Assembly: GCA_054600435.1 (NCBI GenBank)
Contig: BAAIJX010000013.1
Coordinates: 434,001 to 498,000 of the forward strand
Length of the DNA stretch: 64,000 nt
Direction of reading: 5' to 3'
Origin: Neophaeotheca triangularis
Lineage: Eukaryota
This document shows positions 11,441 to 24,269 of this stretch, one piece after another. Position 1 is the first letter of the stretch; each line of letters starts with the position of its first letter. The notes under the pieces were generated by a model that worked only from the letters and a program-made list of their open reading frames with translations, made no database searches and was not told the DNA's origin. The position numbers and the translations under genes are program-made.

Positions 11441-14400
11441 GGGGTTGCTGGGTCCTGGAGAGTGGGGATGTTTCTGGTTTCGGTGGTGGCGCCGAGGTGC
11501 CATGGAGACGTTGTCCAAGGGTTTCTGGGAAGTGGTTGCGGTGGGCTGGTTAGTTGTGCGATTGATTGAACCCGCCATCGGCGTGCTGTCCGCTTTACAA
11601 CACTCCCAGGCACGGAGCTGCAGGGAAACACGCACGGCCAGTGTTTCTACAAAAAATGAAGAAACACGACCCAACCTACCCAAAAGCAAAACAAAACAGA
11701 ACACCGAATACCCTCCCCTCTCCACGACCTCGGCGACGATAACCAACTCCCGCTCCAAATCCACCATTGCAAGTTTTCGCTCCCCAGGCCTTTTCCATGG
11801 CTCACAGCATCGTCAGAAAGGCGAACCGACGAGTAGAAATATCGCCGGAAGACGCTCTCGAACGTATTCTCTCGAGCCTTGAGAGTGCTTCCGGCAATAA
11901 TCATGTTCTCTTGGACTTCAACTACCAACACCCCAGAGCGGCCGCTTCTCCGCGAAAGCCGGGCGGCTCTCAGCGGGACGCGAGAAAAACAGCAGCGATC
12001 GCCGAGGAGAGGCCTTGAGCTCGCTTTGCGTGCCGTGCTCCCAGCGACGGCGGTTGTTCCTTTTCGCTCCGCTCGCGAGCAGTCTGCTCTCCGTTGTCTG
12101 GGTCTTGTAACTCCCACCAGACCATCGACGAGCCATGGGAGAGTCAGTGCCGACTCCTGCCATCTTCACTCACGCTCTTTGCGCTAGCGAGTGATTCGGC
12201 TGTCTTTCGGTTTGCAAACGTCGTCAGCGCCGTCGATAAGGAGTGACCGGCTTGACATGATCTTGCTGGGAACAAGCGTCGTGGGCTCTACATGACGAAA
12301 TACGGAATGCCGGTTTTTACGCAGGATACAGTAGCGTTGCAAAGCCGTGCAAGCTCGCGAGCAATAGCATAAGTGACCATAACTTAGTGTACACTACCTT
12401 CTCGTAGTCGCCGAAAAGGCAAGAACGACGTCGCAATTCCTCTAGGGAAGATGGATTTACTTACCCCAGTGAAGGTCATGTTGCCTTTGTCGGGGAGCTA
12501 CAACACTATTGCAACCCGGGCTTTGAGGCTTTGGTAGGGTGGTGGAATAGACTTGTCAATGGAGAAGATTTGAGTAGGGAGACTTGGCTCGGGAGGCTTA
12601 GGTGAGGCTATTACGAGTGGAGAGTGGTCGGGAACGACTATGTTTCCGCGGGTCTAGGGAGCGTAGCGTTAGGTATCTCGAAGCTTGGTGAGCTCTCTTC
12701 CTTTCCGTCCCATGGGGTTTTTCCTCTTGCTCTTGCTGGACTATAGGTGAGTCGGATCGGGGATTTTTGAGAGACGCCGCTGCTGTAGTGTCGTCTGCTT
12801 TGGCTTCTATGCCTTTGCTGCCTCTCTCTCGAGCGGTCTCGAGCTTTCGCAGCTCGCAATACTGGCTCCGGGGTACAGCTTCCAGGGCGCGATTGTGGAT
12901 ATGGACTTCTACCAGGCTCGAGGCGATGTGACACTATGGCTCAGATCAGCCGACAACAGTAGCATCGCGTCCAGGAGAGTTTCTCGTGATGTTACCTTGC
13001 TCAGGTCCTACCGAAAGGCGCTCCATGGCCTGCAGTAGTAGCATGTTCAGTCAGCACCTTAGGTGAGGATGTCGTAGTTGCGCACCCCTCGTAGGGCTGT
13101 TAGCGTTGGTCTCTCCTCGCGCATGAGGGGGCTGTGTACAGAGGTAGGTACAGCAGATCTTCTGGTGGTTCGGGCGATTGAGTTCTTCTTTGCATGCTCT
13201 TCCTTTTCTAGAGAAGCTTGTGGTGATCGACTACTGACTGGATTGCGTCCTATACGTTGTAGTCCCAGAGACGCTCTCTATGTAGCTCGCTATTAACGTA
13301 AGATTGGCTCACTGATTGTTCTCATGATAACGATTGATAGCGCCGCAGGGGTCAGTCCTCTGCACCCAGTTTGCTTTGGCCGCTCATGATGTATAGCCCG
13401 TGCTCTTTGCGTAGGCTGCAAACGGATAGAATAGACGAAGGCATCAACCGAAAAGGGAAGACATCTGAACCATGTTGGATCAAAGCCAGTCCGTAACGGG
13501 TGTGTGGCTGCCACACTTCGCCTGTGCTACCAGATACTCATGGATTGGCTTTCGCATGGATGCTCATGCAGCATGCTCTTCTGCAAGCCACTGGAAACAT
13601 ACAACGGTACGTGTGCGTGACTTCTTGCTACGCGAGAAGCCTATATACACGGGGCGGCCGTCGCAGAAACTCTTTGCAGGGATGTATCATGTCGGGCTGT
13701 TGTAGGCCGGCTTGCTTGTTTTTGAGACTCCCAGTCATTCGTACCTAGGTAAGTAGGTAGTATGCGTATGCGTATGCGACGGGATGACGATGCAATAACT
13801 GACGGAAGGATTGGATGTTCAAGGATGTCGTAGGATCTAAGTATGGATGCTCGGTATGCAGATGGAGGTCGTCATGTCCATGTAGCGGGTACGGTCTGAC
13901 AACGTGATCACAGGGAGATGGTCGATCATGCTCCCGGCCATGATTGTTGTTGATAGGTAGAGCAAAGTAGAGGACTGCCTGTCTGCTGGCAGTGAGGGTG
14001 ATTTCCGTAAGGCATCAAGGCACCAAGGCAGCATCCTCTCGTAGGGCAGTAGGGCTTACCCGTCTTGGTTGAAAGTTGGATCGAAGCTCGATGGAAGCCG
14101 ATCAAACTCCCCGCCCTTCGCTCTTGGCCCGCCGCTCCCGCCTGCCGCCTGAGACTGTGAAAGGTTGCTTGCGACGCCGGCCTAGCGCAAACAAGTCTAA
14201 CCGATTACTACTCTACTTACTCTTCACTCTCACTTAGTACTAACGTTACTACTCTTCAGCCTCCAGCCTATCTTGCTACCCTGAACCTTGCAGCAGCAGT
14301 ACGGTACTCGCGGTCGCTAAGCCTCGTCACCATCAAGTACCCCTCCATACCATACCGTACAGCCAAACGACCCCTCATCCTAGCTTTCGTCCGAGTAGGA

Positions 14401-14529
14401 TAAATATACTGCCCACCGCCTTGGGATACGCCTGACCCGTACAAGATCATCAGAGAGTGTCACCTCTCTCGGCAATAGCCTTGCCAGGCGCCTCGAGGTA
14501 AAGGCATTACCTGAAACCTACCGCCCGCC

Positions 14530-16421
14530 ATGTCCTTTTTCCCCGGCCAAGGATATCACAACCAGCATCAAGGCTACCAACAACCTCCTCCACAGCAGTA
14601 CGGTGGATACCAGCAACCTCCCCCTCAGCAATATCCGTAAGTCAACCAGGGTAATGCAGATCAAGCCTGGTCGCTAAGAATGCCCGCAGCCCCTACGGTC
14701 AGCACCCACCTCCTGGAGCACCGTATGGCGGGCCTCCTCAGCCGCCCTACGGTGGCTACCGCCCCTCCCCGCAACCTGGATATGGCGGATATGGTCCCCC
14801 ACCTGGAGCTCCTGCGCCCCACGGTGGTCCACCCCAACAACACTACGGGGTGCCGATGAGTAAGCAGAACAAGAGCAGCATTTGTACAGGAAACAAGGAC
14901 TGACCAAGCGCCAGACGGAGGGTATGGAAGACCACCGCCACCACCCCCGCAACAAGCCCAAGGTTTTGGCCATGGCGCACCAAACAGTTACTCGTTCCAG
15001 TACTCCCAATGCAACGGAAAGCGGAAAGCTTTGCTGATCGGAATCAACTATTTCAACCAGCGCGGACAGCTCAGGGGATGCATCAATGATGTCAAAAACA
15101 TGTCGGCCTACCTCAACGAGCATTGGAACTATAAGAGAGAGGATATGGTAGCATTGACGGACGACCAACAAAACCCCATGAGCCAGCCGACCAAGCAAAA
15201 CATCCTGCGAGCCATGCACTGGCTGGTCAAGGATGCACAGCCAAACGACTCGCTCTTCTTCCATTACTCTGGCCATGGTGGTCAAACCAAAGATTTAGAT
15301 GGAGATGAGGATGACGGATACGACGAGGTCATCTACCCGGTGGACTTTAGGCAAGCTGGACATATTGTGGACGACGAGATGCATCGTATCATGTACGTGG
15401 AGAGGATACACGGCGAAGAAAAGCATCAACTAATATACTGTCCAGGGTACAATCTCTCCGACCCGGTGTCAGACTAACAGCCATCTTCGACTCCTGCCAC
15501 TCCGGCTCCGCCCTCGACCTCCCCTACATTTACTCCACCCAAGGTGTCCTCAAAGAACCCAACCTCGCCAAGGAAGCCGGTCAAGGTCTCCTCAGCATGA
15601 TCGGAGACTACGGCCGTGGAGACGTCAGCAGTATAGCTTCGACGGCCATGTCGCTTTTCCGGAAAGCGCGCAGCGGCGATGAGGTGTACCAGTACAATTT
15701 GCGCACCAAGACTTCCCCTGCAGACGTCGTCATGTGGAGCGGCAGCAAGGATGACCAGACTTCGTATGTTGAGCCCCTGTTTTTTAATGAGCCCCTGGTG
15801 CCCTTTGAGCCAATCGTAATCCCCGGCATTGGTGCGGTGGTGCCGTACGAGGATATCTACATGCCGTACAGGGACATTCGCGGCAATGTTTTACTTTGAC
15901 TTTGGCGCGCTGCGTTCCCGGGCAATTGTTTCTCGAGCTCGGCGCTAGCGGTGTTCTGCATCTGTAGTGATAGTGTTCCGGCGTAAAACATCCCACGTCT
16001 CCCCGCCGAGAAGGGCTTCCACGGAAGCAGCTTCGAGGCGCGGGGACGACGAGTTGCGTTGGACACTTCACCTCAGCGAGCCCCGACCAGATTATTTTGA
16101 AACTTCACGAAATGTTCCGCTAACTTATCGACTCTCTACAGGACCGACGCTAATATCGCCGGCAAAGCGACGGGCGCCATGTCGTACGCTTTCATCAGCG
16201 CCATCAAGAAGAACCCGCAGCAGAGCTACGTGCAATTGCTCAATTCGCTGCGGGACGAGCTGGATGGCAAGTATGAACAGAAGCCGCAGCTGAGCTGTAG
16301 TCATCCGCTTGGTGAGTTTCTCCCCAATTTAGCTATAGTGATCGTGATGCCGGATGGCGTGGGAGAACTATAGTCTTTGCTGACTTGCTGCACAGATACA
16401 AATTTGCTGTACGTGATGTAG
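14530..16421 (+). CDS. MCA1: Type I metacaspase, 6 exons
   Basis: Q/P/G/Y-rich N-terminus, [17 protein letters not shown], catalytic HYSGHG and [42 protein letters not shown]. Introns 14637-14689, 14860-14914, 15393-15445, 15764-16141, 16312-16395. Confidence 0.95.
15967..16071 (+). other. Long RNA stem-loop inside metacaspase intron 4
   Basis: Nested pairings read by eye: GUGA/UCAC, AGUGU/ACACU, CC/GG, GGCGUAA/UUGCGUU, CGUC/GACG, UCCCCG/CGGGGA, GAAG/CUUC, GCUUC/GAAGC closing a CACG loop. Confidence 0.6.
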
Positions 16422-17628
16422 CGAGCCGACTGCAAGCGCCAGCGCGTGGTGAGACTTGGACTTGCGCCGTTTTGTGGTCTTGGGAGAACAACCGACCGCC
16501 TCGGCTTCGGAAAAGTGCAAGCGAGGTGTCGAGCCACACCTATTACATACGTCTACGCATGGCGCCGTGGTCGTTTGGCCTTGTAGCCTTTTGAATTTGC
16601 CGTAGATACCCACGAGAAACGGGAGCACGATAATCGAGGAGGCAGGAGTCTACGAGCGTCTTGCATGCTTGGGGGTTCGGCTTTGGCTTCAGCGCCCTTT
16701 TGTACGGGCAAGGGTGATTTGTAGATACAGTACCCGTGGCCGTGGGAGCTTTCCGATGCTGAAGGCCATTCTGCATTTCCCCCCTGAAGTGTCGAAGTAC
16801 TCACTCTCAAAGGCCTCTTCGACCGGCTCGCCGCTTCTCGTAAGGAGATAATGGTCGTCTAAGGTAAATGGCACAAGTCAGCTTCGCCAGCGGCTCGCCA
16901 CTTCTGTCTGCGTCGCAGTGGGTTGGAAGTAATTGTTGATGGTCTGTCTGCTGGCATGCATAAGTACAACCTTTCTGTCGGTGACATACTACGCCTCTGT
17001 ACCCGTCCCTCAAGCGCGGCGCTCAACAGGGCAGCAGGGCATACATGGGAGGTCTGGAACCCGCAGCGCGCCATTGGTAACTCTGCTAGCCGCCGTTTGT
17101 CCCTCCCTGCTGTCTTGCATAGTTTGCAGCTTTTACGCGAGAGCGAGAGCGAGCGTGGCACAGTCGGAATCGTCAAACGAGATGTTGATTATTCTTCCAT
17201 GACTACTTAGGTTGTAGTAACGAGTCGGCTCCACGCTATTGGCGCAAGCAAGGACTACCTTAGTTACCTAGGTGGCTGTCCTTAGGGTCAACGAGTCGCG
17301 ACAACCTAAGGTGGGCTCGGCACGTGCTCGGATCACTTGTTGTTCTGGGGATCATCTGCTCTTCCAATTTCCCCGCTCTCATGACGAGCCTCCACTAGGA
17401 CCACTACCTAAAGGTACCTTGCCTGACTAGGAGGTACTGCCGTGCTGCAGCTGGACCACTTCACCTCGTTATTCTTATTTTTCTTGACCTACCGCCCGCC
17501 CGCCCGCCCTTCTCGCTGCCATGCCGAACTTACCGCCGAGCCTCTGTTCGCCATGACTCGACCTTGTCAAGACGCTACCAGCCTACCAGCCTACCTCCAT
17601 TAGGAAGATGGAAGATGGGCAGAGAGAT

Positions 17629-17653
17629 AGAGAGAAAGAGAGAGAGAGAGAGA
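17629..17653. repeat. (AG)n microsatellite, imperfect
   Basis: agagagaaagagagagagagagaga. Confidence 0.8.
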
Positions 17654-18280
17654 CAGATTGGCATTCTATCATAGCATGAGGCTGGCGAGCCGCGGTAAGT
17701 GTAATGACCCAGCCCGTTTCTTTCATTTGAAGAGAGAGTAGGAGGTAGTGCCTCCTAGTAGTAACTATTTCTTTCCGAGGCTATCGAATTTCCCACGGCC
17801 GTAGAGGATCAATAGGAACTAGCTCGGCTACCCGGCGCGCGGGTATGCTGGACAAGACGTAATACACCAACTAGCTACCTAGGTACCTTACCTTGTGTTC
17901 GCCGTTGCTTGTTACCTCCGTACGTATGTACATTGGATGCGGCGCCCGTCTGGAATCTTTGGATGCTACAACAACGCCCCGCCATGTGGAGGCGGTGGAG
18001 CTTATTGGACGGTAGCGGAGTCTACGGCTAGTCGACTATGCAAGCCTGCATACAATATCATTCGGCGAGTGGGCAGTAGTCAGTACTGCTTTGCGCAGGT
18101 CCAAAAGCTAAGTTATGATCATGAGCTAAAGGTCGGGAGGGTTGCCTGCGTCCCTGTACCTTGCGTCTTTTTACCGACTCTCTTCCATTTCCTTCCTCTC
18201 CTCTACGTGCCGTTGTCCTCTCACTCCCTCCCCCATCCCCCAACCCCCCATCCCCCCAAGAGAGAGGAAGAAACCCTACC

Positions 18281-20130
18281 ATGGTCCGCCCAACCACAGC
18301 AGCCCTAGCGCTGCTCTCCGCGACCACGACCGTCCTCGCTTTACCCGCCGCCAACAACATCACCACCACCGACCTCCCCATCGTCGACTTGGGCTACGAA
18401 CTCCACCAAGCCTCCTTCCTCAACGAAACCGGCGGTTTCTACAACTTCTCCAATATCCGCTACGCCGCGCCGCCCACCGGCCAGAACCGCTTCACTTACC
18501 CCCAAGCTCCCGCTGTCAATCGCGATGGCGTGCAGACGGGTAACCAGAGCCGGATTTGCCCGCAAGCAGGGCCTGCCTGGCAAGCCATTGCTGGGCAGTT
18601 TGTGCCGCAGTATTTGTTGACGGGGCAGACGGAGTATAATCAGAGTAGTTTCAATACCACTTCGGCGGGCGGTGGGATGCCCCAGCAGGATCCGCGGACG
18701 GATGAGGACTGGTGAGTTTTCTCGGCGGAGGTGGAGGTGTGGTGTGGTTGAAGAGATTGGAGTGCTGACTTTGTGCTTTTCCAGCTTGTTCATGGACGTC
18801 GTGGTCCCGCAATCCATCTACGAGAGCGCTGGCACTGGCTTTGGCGCTCCCGTGCTGGTATGGATCTACGGCGGTGGATACACCATGGGCTCCAAGGATG
18901 GCGCTGGCAATCCCGCTGGTTTGCTGAAGAGGGCCGAGAACAACGGCGATGATGGTGTGATCTGTGAGTTTGGCTGAAAAAATTGCGTATGTGCGACTTC
19001 CGCTGACACCATCTCGCCGTAAAGACGTTTCGTTCAACTACAGGCTCGGTGCTTTCGGCTGGCTTTCTGGCCCTACCTTCCAAGCCAATGGCACTGCCAA
19101 CCTCGGTCTGCACGACCAACGCTTCGCTCTGGAATGGGTCCAAGCCAACATCGCCAAATTCGGCGGTGACCCAAACAGAGTGACCGTCTTCGGCGAGTCT
19201 GCGGGCGGTGGCAGCATCATGCACCACATCACCGCTTACGGCGGGAACAACGGCTCCGCACCCTTTGCGCAAGCCGTGCCCCAGTCTCCTGGATGGGTGC
19301 CAGTGGTTTCAAACCGCCAGCAAGAACAGACCTTTCAGGATTACCTCGCCCTTTTGAACGTCTCTACCATCCAAGAAGCCCGCGAGCTGCCCTACGAGGC
19401 TCTCCAGCAAGCCAACATCCAGCAGGTTGCAGGTTCCGTCTACGGCGGCTTCACCTACGGTCCTGTCGTCGACGGCAACTACGTCCCCGCCCTCCCTGGC
19501 GAGCTCCTCCTGCACGGCCAATACGACAAGTCCATCCGCTTGATGGTCGGCCACAACGCGCAAGAAGGCCTCATCTTCACCTCGCCCTTCGCGGCGCAAA
19601 ACGAGACCGCCGCCGCCGCCCAGATCACCGGCAACCTCCCCACCATCCGCGCCTGGCCCGAAGTCCTCGACTACATCCTGCAAACCGCGTACCCGCCCGT
19701 CTACGATGGCTCGCAAGCCCAAAACTACACCGACCCCGTCGCCCGCACTTCGGCAATAATCGCCGAGCTCGTCTTCACGTGTAACACGAATTACCTAAAC
19801 CGCGCTTTCGGCAACAAGACTTTCGCCTACTTTTTCACCGTACCTCCAGCGCTGCACGGCCAAGACATCGACTACAGCTACTACAACGACGGCGGCGTGG
19901 ACCCGTCAGACATCACGGGTGTTCAAAGCGTCGAAGTCGCTCTCGCGCTGCAAGAGTACATCACCTCTTTCGCCATGACTGGCAACCCCAATTCCGACGG
20001 CGTGCCCTTTTTCCCCACGTGGGGCTCGAATGCGACGGTGCAGATGCTCGGGGCTGACGGGTTGGAGGCTGCTTTCGATCGCACGGCGAATGAGCGGTGT
20101 GAGTTTTGGCAGAGGGCGTTGTATGTATGA
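18281..20130 (+). CDS. Secreted type-B carboxylesterase/lipase
   Basis: Signal peptide MVRPTTAALALLSATTTVLA; NIRYAAPP, EDCLF, WIYGGGY, NYRLGAFG, FGGDP, GESAG nucleophile elbow, HGQD. Introns 18712-18784 and 18964-19024. Confidence 0.93.
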
Positions 20131-21734
20131 GTTTTGAGTTGAGTTGAGTTGAGGGGTAGGGGGGTGTTATCTTATGGCTTATGAGATTGGAAAAAGGGGG
20201 AGGGGATTTGTACATGTCTGTACGTGTGAACGACTATGTTTAATGGACTTTGTCATAAAAGATGTTTCCTGCGTCTAATGGCACTTTGGGTGCTTCTGCC
20301 GGCGACTAATAATGCGTGTGAGTGATTTATCAGCCCGTCTCCCCCTTCCGGCTCTGTTTTCTACGGACACTACCTAGGGTTGTACCTACCTACCCCTCTA
20401 GCGATGACAGAACAGACAACGTGCGGACTTTACCTCACCCCCACTGCTGCGAAAAGACGCTCTGATGGGTTTTCCTTCTTTTGGTTGGCTGGTTGGTTGG
20501 TATGCACTCCAGACGACTCCCCCGCCTTATCCGGAAACCCGCCCACCCTCTACCACACGAGAACACCCATTCGCCCACCACCCCAGCCGGTAGGAGAAAA
20601 AGACGCGGAAACGCTTCCATCTCTTCCCTTCCCCCCACCCCTCTCAACAGAACCCACAAACCCAAACGAAGAAGATACCGTTTCCCGCGGCCGCAACGAC
20701 CAAAACGATCATCCCATCCCCCCACCCCCAATCCGCGGCCTCGGAAACGAAAGCATGCCGCGCCATGGAAATAGCAAAGCCAAGCTGCCAGGGGCGATTT
20801 CAGTGCTATAAAGACAGTACAGCACCGTCGTCGTTAAAGTATACACACAGCCTAATCCGGCTTTGGGCTCCTACTACGGCTTTTTCGCTCCTACTACTAC
20901 GGCTCCGGAGCGCGTGAGGAGACAGGACGACACGACAGGACGACAGGACAGGATAGCTGGGACGGGGAGGCAGCGTCTTGGCGGCGAAGGCACGGCTCGG
21001 GTTCATTTTTCCCCCGTTTGTCTGCCTGCCTGGGCATTCCTCCAGCGTCTGGAGAAGGCTCGTAGCGACTTAGATTTGTTGTGGGGGAGTTGTAGGATGG
21101 AGGCGTGGTTGGAGTACTACCTTGGCCAGTACTTTCGGGAGGCAGGGTGCGTCCACGGAGCTAGCTATGTCTAGAAGTCGTTTGTGTTGGCAGGCGGCGA
21201 GGCGGGAAGGCGGGGGTTAGAGCCGTGGTGTTTGCCGCTGGCGATGATGTCGTGGCTGTTGAGGGGGTAAACTGTGGTGGTTTTTACTCTTGCGGCTTCT
21301 GGTGGCCTGGTGACTGGGCAGGAAGGGGGGTTGCGTTGCGTGGAGATTGCGGGAAAGATGCGAGGGGAGTGGTTGGGACTGTGACTGGGTGGTGCCTTGT
21401 AGTGGACTCCGGGCAGCAGGTGGCGGTGAAGCTGGAGCGCTCTGTCGAGAGAGGACATACCTAAGAGGATCGTCTTGCCCGATTCCTCTCGCCGAATTGA
21501 CGCGACAACTTCGCTCGTGGAAGTCAAAGGCGGGGGTTGGAAAATGCAAGTACATGTGATAACAAAGTTACGCGAGATAGAAACAGTAAATGCGACGCCG
21601 ACCGATAAGCCGCAGAAGGCATTGTCACATCCTCCTGACCTTTTTCTTCGGAGGCTGCTCGTTCATTACAATCCACTCCCATGAGCATGACTGCCCCCTA
21701 CGGTTCGCTCTGACTAGAAGCCTCAGTGAGCCCT

Positions 21735-23863
21735 TTAGAAGGCAGTGTCCTCGCACGTGTTGGTGTTGGTATCGCAACGGATCGCCAGACCGGGCGTGAC
21801 TATGGTCTCGGAGTAAGAATATTGGTTGAAGAGCCATTCCCCCGACTCGGTTTCTGTGTTGTAAAAAGATGAAATTTGATTAGCACACATTCCACAGTAA
21901 AGCGAGACGGTTCACGCTTAAGACTCACCTCCTTGCGTGCCGACAAGGTTTTTCGAAAACCCAGGACTGCCGATTTGGAAGTAGCGGTACACAAACACCC
22001 CGGGCTCCTCGGCATCGTACGTGACGGTGAATTGGAAGATGTCGAAAGCGACGGCGCCTCGCGAGAGGAAGTATTCGAAAACAACGCTCGTGCCGTCGAC
22101 TTGGTAGAAGATGCCCTGTCGAGGATCGACATCTGCGTTCTGCGCCATGTCGTCCCAGAAGGGGAAGATGGTGTTGCGGGGGACGGTGTCCGCCGGTAGC
22201 GGCTCGGGTGCGTATTCGTCGGAGCCGTCGAGGATGGAGAAGAGGCCGTTGGTGGAGAGGTAGACGGTGGAGGACTCGACGCCGTAGATGCGGATTGGGA
22301 AGTCGAGGTCGATGGCGACGAAGTTGTCGTCTTGCCGTGCTGGCAAATCTTCGCCGAAACTGCCCCGAATGCCGTCTTCGAGGGAGTAGTCATCGGGGTA
22401 CTCTTCCGGTGGAGGGAGAGTCCCTGTGTCGCCGTCAGGTGGCGTTGGGTCCTCGGTTGGGGTCGGTGGAGGTGGAGGCGGCGGTGGAGGCGGCGGCGGA
22501 GGCGCAGGTGGTTGCGATGTGGTGGGAGGCAGGGGATCTACTGAAGGCTGCGATGTGGTGGGTGGCAGGGAATAAACCGGTGGCTGAGATGTTGTAAATG
22601 CCGGAGGAGCTGGAACTGAAAGAGTTGAAGTGGTCATCATGTCCGGCGTACCTGGCAAAGAAGTGGTCGCAGATACGCCTGGCGGTGTGTATTGACCGGG
22701 GTCTTCGGGCGGACTGACGCATATACCGAACGCAGTTTGGCATCCCCGAGCTGGGTCACAGAAGCCTGGCTCGGATCCACAAAAGTTGAATTGACTGCAG
22801 CAATCACCAAATCCAGAGCCGGCGCACGTCCAGCTCGATTCGCCACCGCAGATGCCGTTTGGAGATATGGAGTTGGTTGGTTGAGTTGAGTCGACGGCAG
22901 AGGTTGGTGTTTCACCTGGAGATACTGCGGTGGTTGGCTGTTGGATTGGTGGGGTGTACACCGGAGGATCAACAGCCCAATACGTCTGGGTAGACATGCT
23001 CATAGTACTAGTTGCTTCCGGTGGCGTATCCACTGGCGGGCTGCTTTCTCCGGGTCCCGATGGGCTTGACTGACCAGGTGTTGTGTAGACTGGAGGGCTG
23101 GGCGGAGTTATCGTCACCCCATCCGAGACGGACACAGAGCCGGCAGTCGTAGCTGGAGGGGAAATTCCAGGATAGGTTGCTCCGGGCGGTGGGGGGTCAA
23201 CTGCTTATAATCAGACAACTGCTTATCGCAATGCGAACAGGCACGCTTACCGAGTTCAACGTAGAGATTGATCGGACTCCATCCTCGTTCTCGCTCGCCA
23301 TCCGCGCTCCTGAACCTCGCAAGAATAAGCGCGTTGTCGAGGAGTCCAGGAGGTAGCTTATAGAAATGAGCCGTGCCGTTGGTGAAGAAAGGATTGTCCC
23401 AGTAGAGCAGACCTCCACGAACTGTAAAAGTGGTCTCAATGTCCAAGCGATCGTCGCGGATTTCAAAAGCCCGAGCCAGGACGTTTCTGTTGGTACTGAC
23501 GCGGCTGCCATTGGTCGACATCAGTTGCCCATCCATCATGCGGTAGGTGCCGGCCATTGATCGAGTGATCGTAGTGTTGCCATTCCACATAACCCAAGAA
23601 GGGGTCTCAATCTGCCTCCTCGACATGTAGCCTTCGGGGTTGAGCATCTCAACACCAATGATGAATGGCGCGCCGTTGTTGACCGCATCATCATACGGCT
23701 GCGGCACGACAGTAACCGTGGACTGGATTATGGTGGTGGTTCTAGAGGTGTAAATGGCGCTGCAAGTGGCGGGATACTCTGTAACGGTGATAAGCTCTCC
23801 TCGCACGAATTGTGCGATTGAGGCGAGCGCGAGCGTTGCCCACGCTGCCCTTGGGCCAACCAT
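21735..23863 (-). CDS. Secreted modular protein: N-terminal globular domain, S/T/P linkers, hevein-type chitin-binding module (CBM18), poly-Pro, NIDO-like C-terminal domain
   Basis: Signal peptide MVGPRAAWATLALASIAQFVRG; CGG..CAGSGFGDCCSQFNFCG..C..GCQTAFGIC; C-terminal FPIRIYG..VYLSTNGLFS..IFPFWDD. Introns 23201-23250 and 21854-21928 give a continuous frame ending CDTNTNTCEDTAF*. Confidence 0.8.
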
Positions 23864-24269
23864 GGCAGGCTAAGTTGTGCGTCGCCAAAGATAGGACTGG
23901 TGCGAATGGCAGAACACCTAGGATAGTTGATCAAAAAGAGAGGCTGCAGTTAGAAAGACGGTAGGTGTTGTCGTCAACTAAACGAGAGCGGACGAAGTTG
24001 AGGTTTCCTTGCAAGTAGGCTCGAAGCCAAGGGATTGTGGAATGAAAACAATACACCTACCGACGCTAATCCACGTGCTGTGGTATGTGGAAGTTGCTAA
24101 TCGCTTCTGCGGAATGTTTCCTTCGAAGGCATGGAGATTCAATCATTTTTGCGCTAGGGGAACTTGGTGATTCGTATGCGCAATGCTAACAGTAACCTTC
24201 GTATCCTTTCATCATGTCGGAAGAATGCTACTGCTTGCCGAGTCCGTTGAGCTATTGTATGTCTACGAG

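Noticed and set aside
11450..13750. Short ORFs between the HNH gene and metacaspase
   Set aside because: No motifs, coherent splice pattern or dominant frame; cannot support a gene call.
16005..16040. GGAAGCAGC resemblance to SRP RNA helix 8
   Set aside because: No GNRA tetraloop or matching symmetric-loop partner, and no Alu-domain motif seen.
15900..16100. H/ACA snoRNA interpretation of the two intronic hairpins
   Set aside because: No ANANNA hinge between the hairpins and no correctly placed ACA.
20756..21450. Protein-like fragments after the carboxylesterase
   Set aside because: Non-ATG start, stops and no recognisable family; too weak even for a pseudogene call.
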